Shown piece after piece: positions 25,701 through 38,500 of a stretch of 64,000 bases of DNA (the stretch's first letter is position 1; each line of letters starts with the position of its first letter). Under the pieces are notes generated by a model that saw only the letters and a list, made by a program, of their open reading frames with translations, did not search any database and had not been told where the DNA came from. The DNA comes from Iphione sp. A-MEVVRFRX5 (lineage: Eukaryota): the NCBI GenBank assembly GCA_976226885.1, contig OZ320314.1:41912001-41976000 (forward strand), written 5' to 3'. A program made the position numbers and the translations under genes.

Positions 25701-26532
25701 GCTGACAGGTAATTTGTGGGCACTACATCTATGTTGTCAATTCATGTGGAACTTTTCTTGAAATGTCGTCTTCTTACTTTCATCAGTGATAAAAGCCAAC
25801 TGTATATAGACCTATGCATCACCGTGTGCACAAAAATATCTGCAGGGAATGGTCGTCCATCAACGTTTAGAGACTTTAAGGAAATATGGCTTGAAACATC
25901 TGTATGCGTTAGATTCGTGAGTAGGTTATGCTGTGGAGAATATGGTCTGCAGTGGATTTAAACAAATTTCTTCTAACAGGTTTGTTGTATCGTAATATGC
26001 TGGGACGACATCCTTATTCCAAAATTCATTGCCATCCCTTGATTAGGACTTTGATAAATGGCAGAAATGCAGTAACAGGAGAAACTGACAGTAATTAAAA
26101 GAGGGGATTCGAGAACTTCCGAATAAAAAACATAAGAGTACAGTTAATAGTCTTAATGATGATTAACAGTAACCGCCCCATATGTCATAATTATGGAATT
26201 TGAGGGCGGTTTCGTTTTTTTTCTCTAAACAACAGACAGGCATCTAAACGTCCAATATATCTTTAGACTGAAGTCTTCCGGTGCAGCTCGAGAGTTATTA
26301 AACAATAAATCTCGCCCCCCCCCTTCGTATTCTTAAATAATGTCAATATAATGTAGACGGGTGAGCAATATGTTACTACCAAGAAGCGATTTTCATATCA
26401 TCAGGTACATGTACATGTAGTTACCCCGGTGAAGAAACCATAATATCCCCACCCCCATCCTTCCCCCAATTCCTTGACAGCTACGTCACTCCACATGTCA
26501 GCGTTGGCAGAACGCCGGACTCCGACACATTC

Positions 26533-26545
26533 CCGCCAGGGGGCG
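26533..26545 (+). promoter_or_regulatory. CTCF-like motif CCGCCAGGGGGCG
   Basis: Close match to the CTCF core consensus; motif evidence only. Confidence 0.3.
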
Positions 26546-28500
26546 TATTAGCCAGCCCTACGATCGACGCGACCCGTAGTGGCAGATGCGGGAACCCACT
26601 AGGGACCCATACAGGCCTCCAGTAGGTAGTGCGTAGGAAAGGCATTTTCCTTGTTCTTCAGATCGCTTTAGGTAAGCTAACGAAAGAGAAAGCAGAGGCA
26701 TTGGATCTCATGTTATTCCTCTGCATCGGTGGAAGGCTGCAGTTGTGTGGTATTCAGTTAGGCCTGTGTGACGAATGAACGTTTCAAAAATGAAAGTCAA
26801 CCATACGACATTCCCGAACCAAACGCATGAATAAGACAACTGACTGATTTCCTGTGCTGCGTAATAAATGCAGAAGTACTGCACTTGTTGTATGCGTCTT
26901 CGTTACAACTGACATTGTCATATAAAACTGATAAAACACGCGGGTAAAAGTAATGGAGTCTATCCACTTAGATCAAGTGGTATTTGCATGTATATTCCAC
27001 GTCTGATCACGGCACAGCTGTTTCGTAAATAAGAAGTAAAATTTTACCTTTAGTATTCCTCTAGAATTACTCAGGCCTTACCGAAGGTCAATTTCACATA
27101 TGCAAGTTGTTAGTATATAATGTAAAAGCTAGTATATGAGGTGAGTGGTAGGAGGCAACCAAAACTGTGCAGAATTTTTCAACATGTTGGGGGATACAAA
27201 CAGATCGATGTGGTTGTCAGACTTAATATAAAGCTTGAACTTAAACATAATCCCAGCGCCCGTATCTGAGGAGGAAAAAATTGAGGCATTTACTATGTTA
27301 ATGACATTTGAAAAGGTATCGTTTGTCTAATTGCTGGCTTGTCAGTTACTGCTATGGCCTACTGATGTCTACCTCAAAAGTACAAGGGACTGTATTGGTG
27401 GAACGAACGTCATAGTAAATGCGAAAATCCATCGTACAAAGTGCATGTGGTTGGCCGTAATCCGATTATCTTCCTCTCGTGCCGGGTGTTTTTACACCAG
27501 GTCCGGTTCTACACTGGAACATCCCAGACTAGATCTGTAATGTTGCATGTCTCCGGACGGGTGAGTTGTCGGTGCTTAACCCTTTGGCGCGTAAGGGTTA
27601 ATGAACCAGTATGTGGAATATGAGACCTACCGCAAGTTTACCCTTGGGCGCTTAATTTACTCGGAAATACCACCTTTTATCACCCACCTGAACAGCTACC
27701 TGAGTACCTGGGAACAAGGGGGCTCAGCCTCTCCATAGGTGAAAATCTTACCATTGAGATGAAAATCCTTTAAATCGGTCAGTTACAGACATTAGGTTAG
27801 TCGCCTTACAGGGAGAACCTTCGAGATCCTAAAATGGACGTTTTGTGTTTGGAAAATATCCTTTGGAGACCCGCGGGCCTTTGTAGTGAGCACTGACGAC
27901 TAGGCAGAAATGGCGCGAACCCGCTTCAACGATTGTTCATGAAAGCTAGGGGGCGGATGGAAACCAGGCATACCCAGAGGAAATATAGTCTGCATCCAGA
28001 TTCTGATACAGGCAGCCATTGCCTAGGGGCGGCTGACAGCTGCAGTAATGGAAAAACAAGCGGGTGTCAGGGGGGCCGTCCGCCCCCGGCCGTTGGTGAA
28101 GACATTGAATTAGTCGCGGGCGGTGAGGGGGGCAAAAATGGGGGTGTGGGGCAGACTCCAAAACGGACGGGCGGGTAATTGCCTTGTAATTCTCTCTGGA
28201 GCTACATGGTCAATAAATCAAATTCGTTTATGTCCTTGGAAGGGAGAAAATGAACAAGAAGGAAAGGCGATTCGGGGTAAGGAAGGGCGGAAAGGTCACG
28301 TGGAAGGGCAATATATTCAAGGGACGATGATAGATACGGATGTGCCCGCGCGTGTGTGTGTATGTGCTTGTGGATGGGTTATACCCATCTGGTCCCTATG
28401 GTCTGCCTTATTTTCAGTATAAACATCCATTTAGTAGACTGTGTAAGATCCAAGAGGCTACCAATAAGAACATGTATGTAGACTCGACACCATCGTCTTA

Positions 28501-28725
28501 GGCCCTGTTCACATACAGCCGGATTTTTTCGTCCCGCACCCAAATGCAGGCATGCGGATTTGTTTCCAACCTGGTCAAACCACTATACTGATTTACATAC
28601 ATCCTGAATTATCCTGACCTGCATGCGGCTGCGGATTTCAATCCATGAAACATGGGTTTGGTCCGGATCTGCATGCGGATTCCATAGGAAGCAATGTTAA
28701 AAGACATCTGCTATCCATATGTAAC
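28501..28725. mobile_element. Degenerate PIF/Harbinger-like MITE, copy 2
   Basis: TTA|GGCCCTGTTCACAT start, internal (at/g)ccgca/tgcgga palindromic repeats, AGACATCTG block near 28702. Right end uncertain. Confidence 0.4.
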
Positions 28726-28784
28726 CACTCCGACAACTACATAGGCCACCTATGTGTGTAGATTCGGCATCCTTGGGGCATCGG

Positions 28785-29185
28785 CAGGGTTTCCATCATT
28801 TCAAGAAAACAAAATTCCATGATTTTTCCATGATTTTTCCCTGATGAAGTCTCAAAATTCCATGATTTCCTTTTGGCTTTTCAGCGTACATAATCATGTT
28901 TAAAGTTAGAGGCCTTATTTAGGTGAGGCTACTTGTACTACAAGTATAGTCAAAGAGGCTATACTAAAAAACCACTATAGCCAGTCATCCAATGGATGTT
29001 GTTTTGATGTACAACAAAATATAAGAGTTTGACTAACCACTTTTGACTTTTGGGCCAATCAAAATTCCCTGATTTTTCCCTGATTTGAGGCATTTTTATC
29101 AAATTCCCTGATTTTTCCCTGACTGGAAAAGAGTAAAATAATTTTCCCTGATTTCCCTGATTTCCCTGATGGGCTGGGAACCCTG
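28785..29185. mobile_element. Non-autonomous DNA transposon (MITE-like) with CAGGGTT termini and subterminal TTCCCTGA/TTCCATGA repeats
   Basis: CAGGGTTTCC at the left end and GGGAACCCTG at the right end, with arrays of ttcc(c/a)tga(t) at both ends. No clean TSD seen. Confidence 0.65.
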
Positions 29186-29280
29186 ATCAGTGACACCTCT
29201 AAGTGTCCAATCCCACTATCTCCATCTACCTAACATGCCCCTGTACTATATAATTTTCCCCTGTTCCTATTCCATATTGG

Positions 29281-29281
<1 letters not shown>

Positions 29282-29328
<47 letters not shown>
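29282..29328. repeat. (CT)n microsatellite
   Basis: Directly visible dinucleotide run. Confidence 0.95.
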
Positions 29329-29330
<2 letters not shown>

Positions 29331-30753
29331 CCTCACCTAATTTTAAACCAATAAAAGTACCACCGCCTTCTCCCCTGCCTCCCGTTACCTTACTTTCTCT
29401 CTTTAACTCTAACCTCTTTTATTCCACCTCAGCAGATTATTGGTATACTTTATGAGTAATAACATCCAATAGATAAGAAGAATTTGTTTTCAATGATCAT
29501 CAATGAGGCATTACCCTGAATTCCCAGTGGGAATCTTAATATAACCAAGGAGCGAAGGAATAATACTGGACTTGATTGAAAATGACGATGGAATCATAAA
29601 GCTGCTGAGAAATCAATATTGAAGAGGATAGAGTTTCAACCAGCTTACTTTCCCATAAGGCCGGGGGGAATAAATCGATTTTCTTGTTTTCAAACGCGAA
29701 GTAATAATTATGGTCGTCCTTTCTGGAGACGGAAATAACATGAGAATCGAAGCAATTTATTCCTACTCATCGGAATGTTTGAATCTATACATGCAAGGGA
29801 GCCAAAGTGAAAAGACATCTTTCCAGAAATAGCGATACGTTGTTTCTTGACACTATGTTCTCATATACATAAGCCGTCAGTGACAAACGCCTATTGTTTT
29901 GCAAGAATAACAGTACAAAAGCTATGTTTGTGTGTGCGTGCCTATATGTGTTTATAAGTGACTGTGTCGGTCTCAGAGCCGATATAACGGGTTACGAAAC
30001 AAGATAACGAGACAGGCATTCGCTGAACGACGACAATCAAGCCTACCAAATGGATTCTTTGTGGCAAAGAGATAGGAAACGCCTTGATATGGGAGAACGT
30101 AATTTTAACAAAGGGGCCTTTATACCAATGGCCAGATTACATATCTACAGTAGTCCACATCAAGAAGGCAGTAGGGGGGAAACAGGTATTCTCACGCGCC
30201 ACTTGTGAGGCATAGGGTGAGGCGATAATGTGCGGTACTGATGCACAATTTTTACTTGGGTCCTGTCACACGAGGCTTGAAAAGATGTGGTCCGTTGGGC
30301 TACCACACGGGTAGGGGGCTGGCAGTGATCACAAGAGAGTGACAAGGTAAAGCCTCCCTAATTACACTTTTGGTGATTTAGTAATGTATGTCAGTCTGTT
30401 CAGCCCATTACACCAATGCTGACCACGCTCCTCTCAGTGAAAAGGACCCTTTTATTTGGACAAGCGACCACTATATAAATCAGGGATAAACAGGATGTGG
30501 CCTCTAAGTATCTTTCACTCAGCTCACAACGACTGGGTTACGAAGAGAAAGAGGTGAGGGAGAATGAGAGGGAGGAAAAGGTAGAAAAAAACAGAAGGGG
30601 GGTCTAGTGAGGGCCGGGAAGAGACACATGAGGAGACCAGGATGGAGGAAGATATCAAAGAAACAAACAGATTGCAGCATGAATCTCAAGCTAGACGGGT
30701 GAAAGAAACAGAATAAATAGCCTATTTGTAGAGATGATAATCACCATGGCAAT

Positions 30754-30877
30754 GGAGGGCAAACTTTCATCTGGAGAGTGACAGCTCTCTTATCAATGGT
30801 AAGAGATAGGAATCAGCTGACGGACAACGAAGTTTGCCTCCACTGTCATCTTTAACAATCACACTTCTACAATTGGT
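30754..30877 (+). repeat. Diverged dispersed repeat, family A copy 1 (coding-like relic)
   Basis: Aligns by eye along its whole length with 32412-32534 (ggagggcaaacttt ... tatcaatg ... tcagctgac ... acttct.caattggt). Confidence 0.75.
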
Positions 30878-32411
30878 GTCGGATCTAGGAAGATTAGCAC
30901 ATACAGAAACACTCAAGCGAAAGGCACCAAAAGACGGACGAGAACCATGTAAAGAGACGCGACTGACGGATGAAATCATGTTCAAGAAAGACGTTCTGTT
31001 CCAGTAGGACACATCTATAGTGAGAAATTTGAACGGAGAAAGAGCCACTGGCTGAAAAGTAGTACCCTAAGATACCACTGACTAAGGAAATAAGCCGCAC
31101 CCGTGTAATACATGTCATACACATTATAATTGTATAATTATGTTAAAGCATATATGGGAGCGAAGGAGAGAGGGCGATGAAGAGTGATAGGAATGGGAAA
31201 ATAGAGCACAGACCTATAGGTTCGACATGTGGCAAGAAGTTGATTAATAATGCCATGGTTTCATACGCATACCTTGAAATACCAAACCTACAAACGCTCA
31301 CAACCATACATACCGTCTAACATAATGGGAGATCAGGCCCTGTTATATTCATGAAGATTTTATGTTACCTTCTCTCAATGCTGATCAGGTGTGAGCGGGA
31401 AGAATCGATATTAATCCCACCGAGTTTTATGTCCCTCGAACACCAGTAGTTTGGTCCAATTTAGTAATGAGTTGTAGATAGCTTCCTGGTGGTTGTAGGT
31501 GATGGCGTTTCTACAAGAAAGGACTAAAAAGGGACGGTGCGGGATGGTAACTAACGTTTTAGATGGGACCCTTTTGTAATGTCAACTCCCCTTTTTACGA
31601 CTGTGTCCGAGATGTGTGGGCAAATTTCCGACATTCATTTGCAATCTCCATCGTTTTCAAACCAACAACGTTGAAGAATACCCTCCTCCCCCCCATCTTC
31701 CAAGCCCCACACTCGATCAATACAATACTATAGTTGTTGGAGACGAGATTGCTGGATTAGTGTGATCGATTCCCAGTACATAGACGAGGACCCATGCAGT
31801 GAGAAGGAAGGTGCTGGTATATCCTAATCCATTCAATTTGGATTAAGCCAATCACACTAATAAGGAGCTGTGGCCAGCGTACTGTATTCCTGGTTGACAA
31901 CTTACAGTTAAAGGCTTGCTCTAACGACCAGCACAGTCTCCTGCGCTCCTCTCACACAATAACCAAAACTTCTTAGCTGAATTCACAGATTTCCTTCTAC
32001 GTTCTGCTCTTGAAAGGCGCCCGTTCTGAAGGACGAGTATAACTTTGAAATCGTTTTATTCCTGTGTTAAATTGCGTCATTGACACGAAAATTACAAGGG
32101 TTCTCGCCGAAAGCATCTCAGTTGCTCTCCAAGACGGCACGCATGAAAACAGTCATGTTAACAAATATCATGGCAAAAATTAAATGTAGACTGCTAACAT
32201 TATCAGATAACTTGGAAGAATCTAAACAACATAATAAATTATAACAAAAGATCACTACAATGGTTCCCTTTCTCTAGCTCTCGCGTTGCTTTACGCCCCA
32301 TAGACTGCTAAAATGATTTATGTTCTTCCCTCTGTCTAACCTACATTACAGGTAAATTGGTAGAGAAATAAAACATGCAAATCACGCAAACATGATGATC
32401 GCCCTAGGTAG

Positions 32412-32534
32412 GGAGGGCAAACTTTGGGGGTGGACAGATTGACAACTCTCCTATCAATGATAGGAAATAACAGTCAGCTGACTGACAAGGTTGCACTCAC
32501 TATCATGCATAGCAACCAGACTTCTGCAATTGGT
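32412..32534 (+). repeat. Diverged dispersed repeat, family A copy 2 (coding-like relic)
   Basis: Stop-free + frame GGQTLGVDRLTTLLSMIGNNSQLTDKVALTIMHSNQTSAIG; homologous to 30754-30877. Confidence 0.75.
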
Positions 32535-35500
32535 CTCTTGCTCTCAAGAAGGACTGACCGACCTCCAGAACCATTATCAGACAGCATCTATTCAGGTCGC
32601 GTTCTGAGAGACATAAAACTTAGTGAAAAGGTTAATAAACTACCCTTGAAGTCCTAAATACCGTGAACTGGTCTTAAGGAATGAATAGACTGGAAAGTGA
32701 TGATGCGCATGATGGGATTGAAACACTTTTTCAGTGAATAAGGGAGGAGCAAACTACTCTTTTGCAAGATGTCCGTGCATAGAAACTCAAATGGGCATGT
32801 CATTAGTGAAGGCCACGTTGTTGCACCTAGCGTGATGAGTGAATTTAGCACCATAAACCTTCACGAAATGCCTCCCTCTTGTCTCCATGTGCACTGCATC
32901 TTCACTACTTACCCACCCTATAGTCCGTCGTGATCTCCCCAGTGTCTTTGTAGCCGTACTATCTTTATCTTGAACACCAAATAGAAAATACGGAGAAGAC
33001 ACTCAGTGCTACCGTGGGGATGGAAGACTAGGGGGCTATTATCACTCCCCAGCGTCGAGATGAAAAAGTTAATCACTGACGGAAGCAGCGCTCTTTGTGA
33101 GTAGTCTCGATAGGCTGATTCCGTCTTTTACTTCTGACACCAAACACTGATGAGGAAATTGGCAGTGACGATGCAAATCGATAACTCTTCAGAAGCTAAG
33201 GACGACCAGAAATTCCTACTTTAAGGGCTCTCCCTCCAATACCACATGCCTCCAGAAACCATCTCTGAATTTCATTTTTAAAAAAGCTACCGGAGTCTAC
33301 GATGGGGTTTGCCGGTGGGATGGGTCCTGCAGACAGAAGCGCTAAGGACGAAACACGGGAATCAAAGTAACGTTGCCTTCTATTCAGCAGTGGAGAAATC
33401 AATGCTAGATCATAGGACACGTCGCAATTGGCCTGTGAAGATTGCAGGAGGAGCGGTAGAATGAGGGAGCCAATATATGAGTGGCATCCCACAGCTAATC
33501 ACATCCACAGCGCCTTCAGAGGGAGAATCCCCTGACGGTTGGCTAAGGTGCAGAAGGATGTGCACCGTTCAGAACAAAAATGCCAGAAAGTTTCTTTTCA
33601 CAAAGTCTCTCAGGAAATGCTTTAGAGGATTCCAGGTAGGATCGGATACTGGGAATTGAGTTGTCATTGGGTTACTTTCACCTTAGAAGCACACATCTGT
33701 TGAACTCCTTTCTCCATCAAGGTCTATCCCCTTCGGTAAAACTATTATCTTAATTGCTTGAGCCCCTAGACACTGACAGGAACTTTGAAGTGGGCATGTA
33801 GATCAACCAACTAAGTTCTTAACGATATGTTGTTTCACAGTAAATGATGTCTCCTAAGAAGGTTCCCTTCCTGAACAGTAGAACAAGAATGAAAAAAATA
33901 AACGACTAGGCATGGTACAGACAAGAGAAAGAATTCCGATATATTTAAAGCCTTTGTCATATCCAAACGTTATACTTCGCTTACGTTTATCGCTGGATAT
34001 CATCATTAATGTGCATGATATAAATATTATAAGTAACATTATTTTTTATCTATCCTCTATAGATTATGCTTCCCCTGTATACTCACGCTTCAGATTCATG
34101 ACGCAAATCCACTTCTGGGAGGCCAAGGTTTTTTTGTCGAGGTGGAAAAGGGGCAGGGCATTCAAGCAATGCCGCAAGTATGACTGATACCTCAAATAAC
34201 TGTTATTTGGTCCTGCCCTCATGACCAATTGGGAATGAGAACAGATGCACTTTAAGTTGGAGACATATTTTCGTGCCCTGTCGGTCAGTGTACACTTTCC
34301 AACTTTCCACTTGCCAGTTTCTTCACCTATTGGTGAACGACCACTTGCTTTCTCCTCCACTGGTCTCGTTTCTCACCCACTGGAGAAATATTGTGAAAAA
34401 AAACATTTCGGCTTCAACTGTCATGTTTAGTGCGGGTCCGTTCCATCACAGCCCCTATTATCACCCACGATTGAAAGGCGCCGGCGTAAACGACTTTTTC
34501 TGGACTGCTTTTGGCGGGCAGTCCCGGGATCCACCGCGCCAACATCCGGTCTATGTCTCACTTTAAATTACAGGTGTCCCAGGCAATGCGGCGTGTATGT
34601 GTGCGTGTGTCCATAGATGTGTGTGTGTGCGTGTACTTATCTACTGACAAGACATGCATTGTTAGGACCAGGTCTGACACTAGTAAGGGCCACCACGGGC
34701 GTCTGACAGCTGCCTGTTCACATCACGGACATCTCATACTTGTTAGCATTCTCTTCGGTTCTGTACAAGTGGTATATTACGGGATGTGCTGCACGTACTA
34801 GCTGATGTAGGTATTACAAAACGCCGCATGTCTTGCAGGAGTCAAAACTGATAGTAAATTACAAAAAGACTAGCGTTTTTGTCATTCTGCGGAGGAAGCT
34901 GTCGCATCTAATTCTCGTTACTCGTGTGAGAGTCGTTTTTTTTCTTTTATTCTTACCTTTGCCGAGTAGTAAGTAAACTATGCCCAGAAGGCGCTAACTA
35001 TATCCCGATTTATCATTTTTAGCGTTTCCGACCGATTTCCCATAACCTGTATGCAATACTATGGTTTGAAATTACTCAGCAAAATAAATTCAGTTACGCC
35101 CAGTTTTCCTTTTATCAGCTGTTCGTTCTGATTATCTGGTATCTTGCTTATTACTTCCCGACCGGTAGATTTCTGTTCACATCATCCAGAACCGACCACG
35201 CAAAAAGCTCGTCAACTTTTTTATTGCTTTGGTTATGTGATTCCTGTTATTGCCAACATAACTCTCATTAGATTTTGCCTCATATATCATAGCTTCTCCG
35301 GCATGCTTCTCTTTCCTTTTTATGATTTGAGTCCATAACGCCAGTCTAGTAAACATTTTGCCTCTTCGTTTTCTGTACAATTACCCGATATGTAACCGAA
35401 CGTTAGACTTTAGGTGAAAAATGTTGACAATTTGTCAGTTTTTTTTAAATGCATGCAAAAACCTGGACACCCAAGTACAGACCAATCCTTTACCTAATCC

Positions 35501-38500
35501 CCCTTTACCCTACGTAAACATTTCGTTGCCGGCATAATGAATTCTCAGTGCAAGGGAAGGCCAATCTCACCCCATGTGTATGATGGCCTAATTGGTATTT
35601 TGCTCATGACACCTATATATTTCCGAGGCTTTTGTATCCCCTGTCCGTCGAGGCCAGAATGACATTCCCTTATGCTGCTGGCCGGTGTTGAATCTAGCCC
35701 CACACGTCAGAGAATCTGATATTTGATCGCTGGCCAAGGTTGCCTGTCGGGCTCGGCATCATAAAAACAAAGTATTCCACGCACAGACCCCGAGCGTACG
35801 TGGTCGGTATGTATACAGGGACGACGTATCCAGTGCTCCAACCTCCGTCCAAATTACATCAATTTGACTGTCAGTTGCCGTGGTGTTGCTGGTCCGTAGT
35901 CAGCCCCGACAACCTGTAGAAACATCACTGGACCAGAGTGGCAACCTATGCGCCTGCAGTATAAGGGGGCTGGGTGCCACCATGCACTCGGTTCGGTTAT
36001 CAAACAACGGTAAACGGTGGCCCCTCGTGCCGACCTACCATACAAACGTAGACTCAAAGGTACACCGGCAGAGTGTGGCGTGGTTGTAATGCTGGGCTGG
36101 AGCTTTCTGTCTTTGTGCTAAACTTTTTCTTGTTGAATGTCCTCGTAATCTTGCAATTTCAGTAAGTAGCAGCTTTAGTATTATTGTTACTTATTTAAGG
36201 TTGTTGTTAATAGTAGTCAGTAATTGGTTATGGGTTCGTCAATGACAATGTGCTGGGAAGATGCAGCAGCTGTTGTATTTCTGGGTGTCTTTACGAGCTG
36301 GTGCCAAACCAGCAGGCTACTGATTATCGTCAGTGGCTGTTGTTTGCAGCAGTAGCATGTCATCCATAGTATTATTGATGTCAATCTCTGTGTTTAGTTT
36401 CAAATAACCATATAATTAATCATGACCTGAGGGCACTAAAAAGAAGTATTTGTGGAAGGTAGTTAATGATAAGTAGTATCCTTTTGCTTGTTAAAGCTGA
36501 GATACAGTAGAATTTAACAAGTGCTACGACAGAGCACCACTGAAGCTCATTATGGTGGCTTGTTATTTCTTAAGTGTTTTTGTTGGTTTCTTTAGATGTT
36601 TCTGATGGAAAGATCAATTATGAAGCTTGTAAACTGAAGTGGATATACCAGAGAAATGTGTGAGGTCTGTGTAAAAGGTTGTACTTCAACAGGAAAATCT
36701 TGAATGTTATATACCATTTTGAACTCTCATAGCATGTCTTTCGAACACATTTGTTTTTTACCTTCAGTTACCATGGCAACAAGATGAGAATAAACATAAA
36801 ACATCTTTGATTAAATTTACACAAATGTACGGAATATGCAGTAGAACACCAAAAATCATTGTTTCTAGAAGAAAATTTTCAACTGAGGAAATGTCCAACA
36901 AGTGACTTGCAATATTTTGATATGTCAACTGTTCCTGTTTATGCACTATACCAATTTTATACCAATTTCAGCTGATGTTTGTTGACACTAAAAATTGATG
37001 TCATTGATGCCATCAAAAAATAACAAGATGCTTCCATGGTAACAATATCGTTACAAATACTTGTATTTATCTCATTTTCATTGTATCTTTAACTAGGAAC
37101 TAGATACTATCATTTAAGCTGTTCTTCTATACCCTGCTGCGGTAGTATTTTACAATCTATTGTTCAGAATTGAGAGGGGTTGTCCATTACTCTTAGTTTT
37201 AATAGGTTTCTGGGATCTTTTTGTGCGTATGGGACAGAATTCTATTCATACACACCTTTTCTTTATGAGTTGTGGAACACTCTGGGTTGGGGTTACATGG
37301 TCCTGATCAAGAGCTTTAACACGCATGCTGTGACGCTCCTTATAGAGTGCAAAACTGGGCTTTGGTCACAGGACCAAAGCTTGGCAGTATTTTATTACTT
37401 ACAAAGATATACATTTGATCTCTATGAGACACTAAACTGAAATGTTGTTATTATTTTTTGGAGTTAGAATGATGGTTTAGTGCGTTTTCTGATGTTACCA
37501 AAGCCCTTAAGTAGTTTCGTGTTTACTATGATGTTGATTTTTCATGTATAAAGCACTAAAATAAAGCAGATTATTACGTTCATTGTCAGAAGTTATTAAC
37601 TTAACTTAACCACATTTTTATTCATTTAATTAGTCTTTAGTACACACAGAAAAAAACTCATGATTGGGGACGCTCAAGACAGAGGGCACCCTTGAACGAG
37701 CGATACTTTTGACTGGAACAGCATCATGTTTATACAGCATCATACTATACAGGGAGCCATCCGGCACTGTGGACATCCACAAAATGGGGGAATGCGGGAT
37801 GAGATCCAAGGATGTCCCAGGGTGTGAGGTAATACCGCAATAACATGTACATGTATGTGTAAAATCATCGTCACCATCAGCGCGACGCGGCTGGCGCTGT
37901 TGCTCCCCACTCTTCTCCTTTCCTGCTCAGTTTCTTTTCTCGGTATCTTTTTCCCTGTCACTTCCGGTATTGTGCAAACTGTCATCAGTGAAACTTAAAC
38001 ACCTCTTTCCTGTTACGACAGTGATCTACAATAGGATCCTTTTTAACAGGTACACAAAGGAGAACACTAAATGTTCTTCTGGCATGGAAAACTAGGCTCG
38101 GTACAAGGCCGGTGAATGGAGAGTATGGAGGTTGCGATGTGTACCACTGCAAGTCTTTTAGGTTGCAAGGTCATTCCAAGGAGATCGAGCCAGAATTGCG
38201 ACCAAGGGAGGACAAGACCAAAGGAAGAGTTAAGCGCAGTTTATCAAACGATTGATGGAGGGATATGCATTTACAAAAAAGGATGTTCTATACGATTCAA
38301 ATTATTCAAGACGACTGAAGCCATGAACGCATAAGGAAGAGTCGCAGGCGGCATATTGCGACAAAAATACTTATGCGGGCAGCAATCTAAAGAAGGCAGA
38401 GAAATGACGCCCAAATAAACATATAGAAACAATATTCCAGTTAAGAAAGGGGAAAGAAGGAGACATTGGTTGACTGATATAAGTATGCTATATACAGATT

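Noticed and set aside
30161-30330. Alternative genetic code (TGA=Trp), e.g. a mitochondrial insertion
   Set aside because: It has no similarity to mitochondrial proteins, TAA stops follow, and ordinary mutational decay explains the TGAs.
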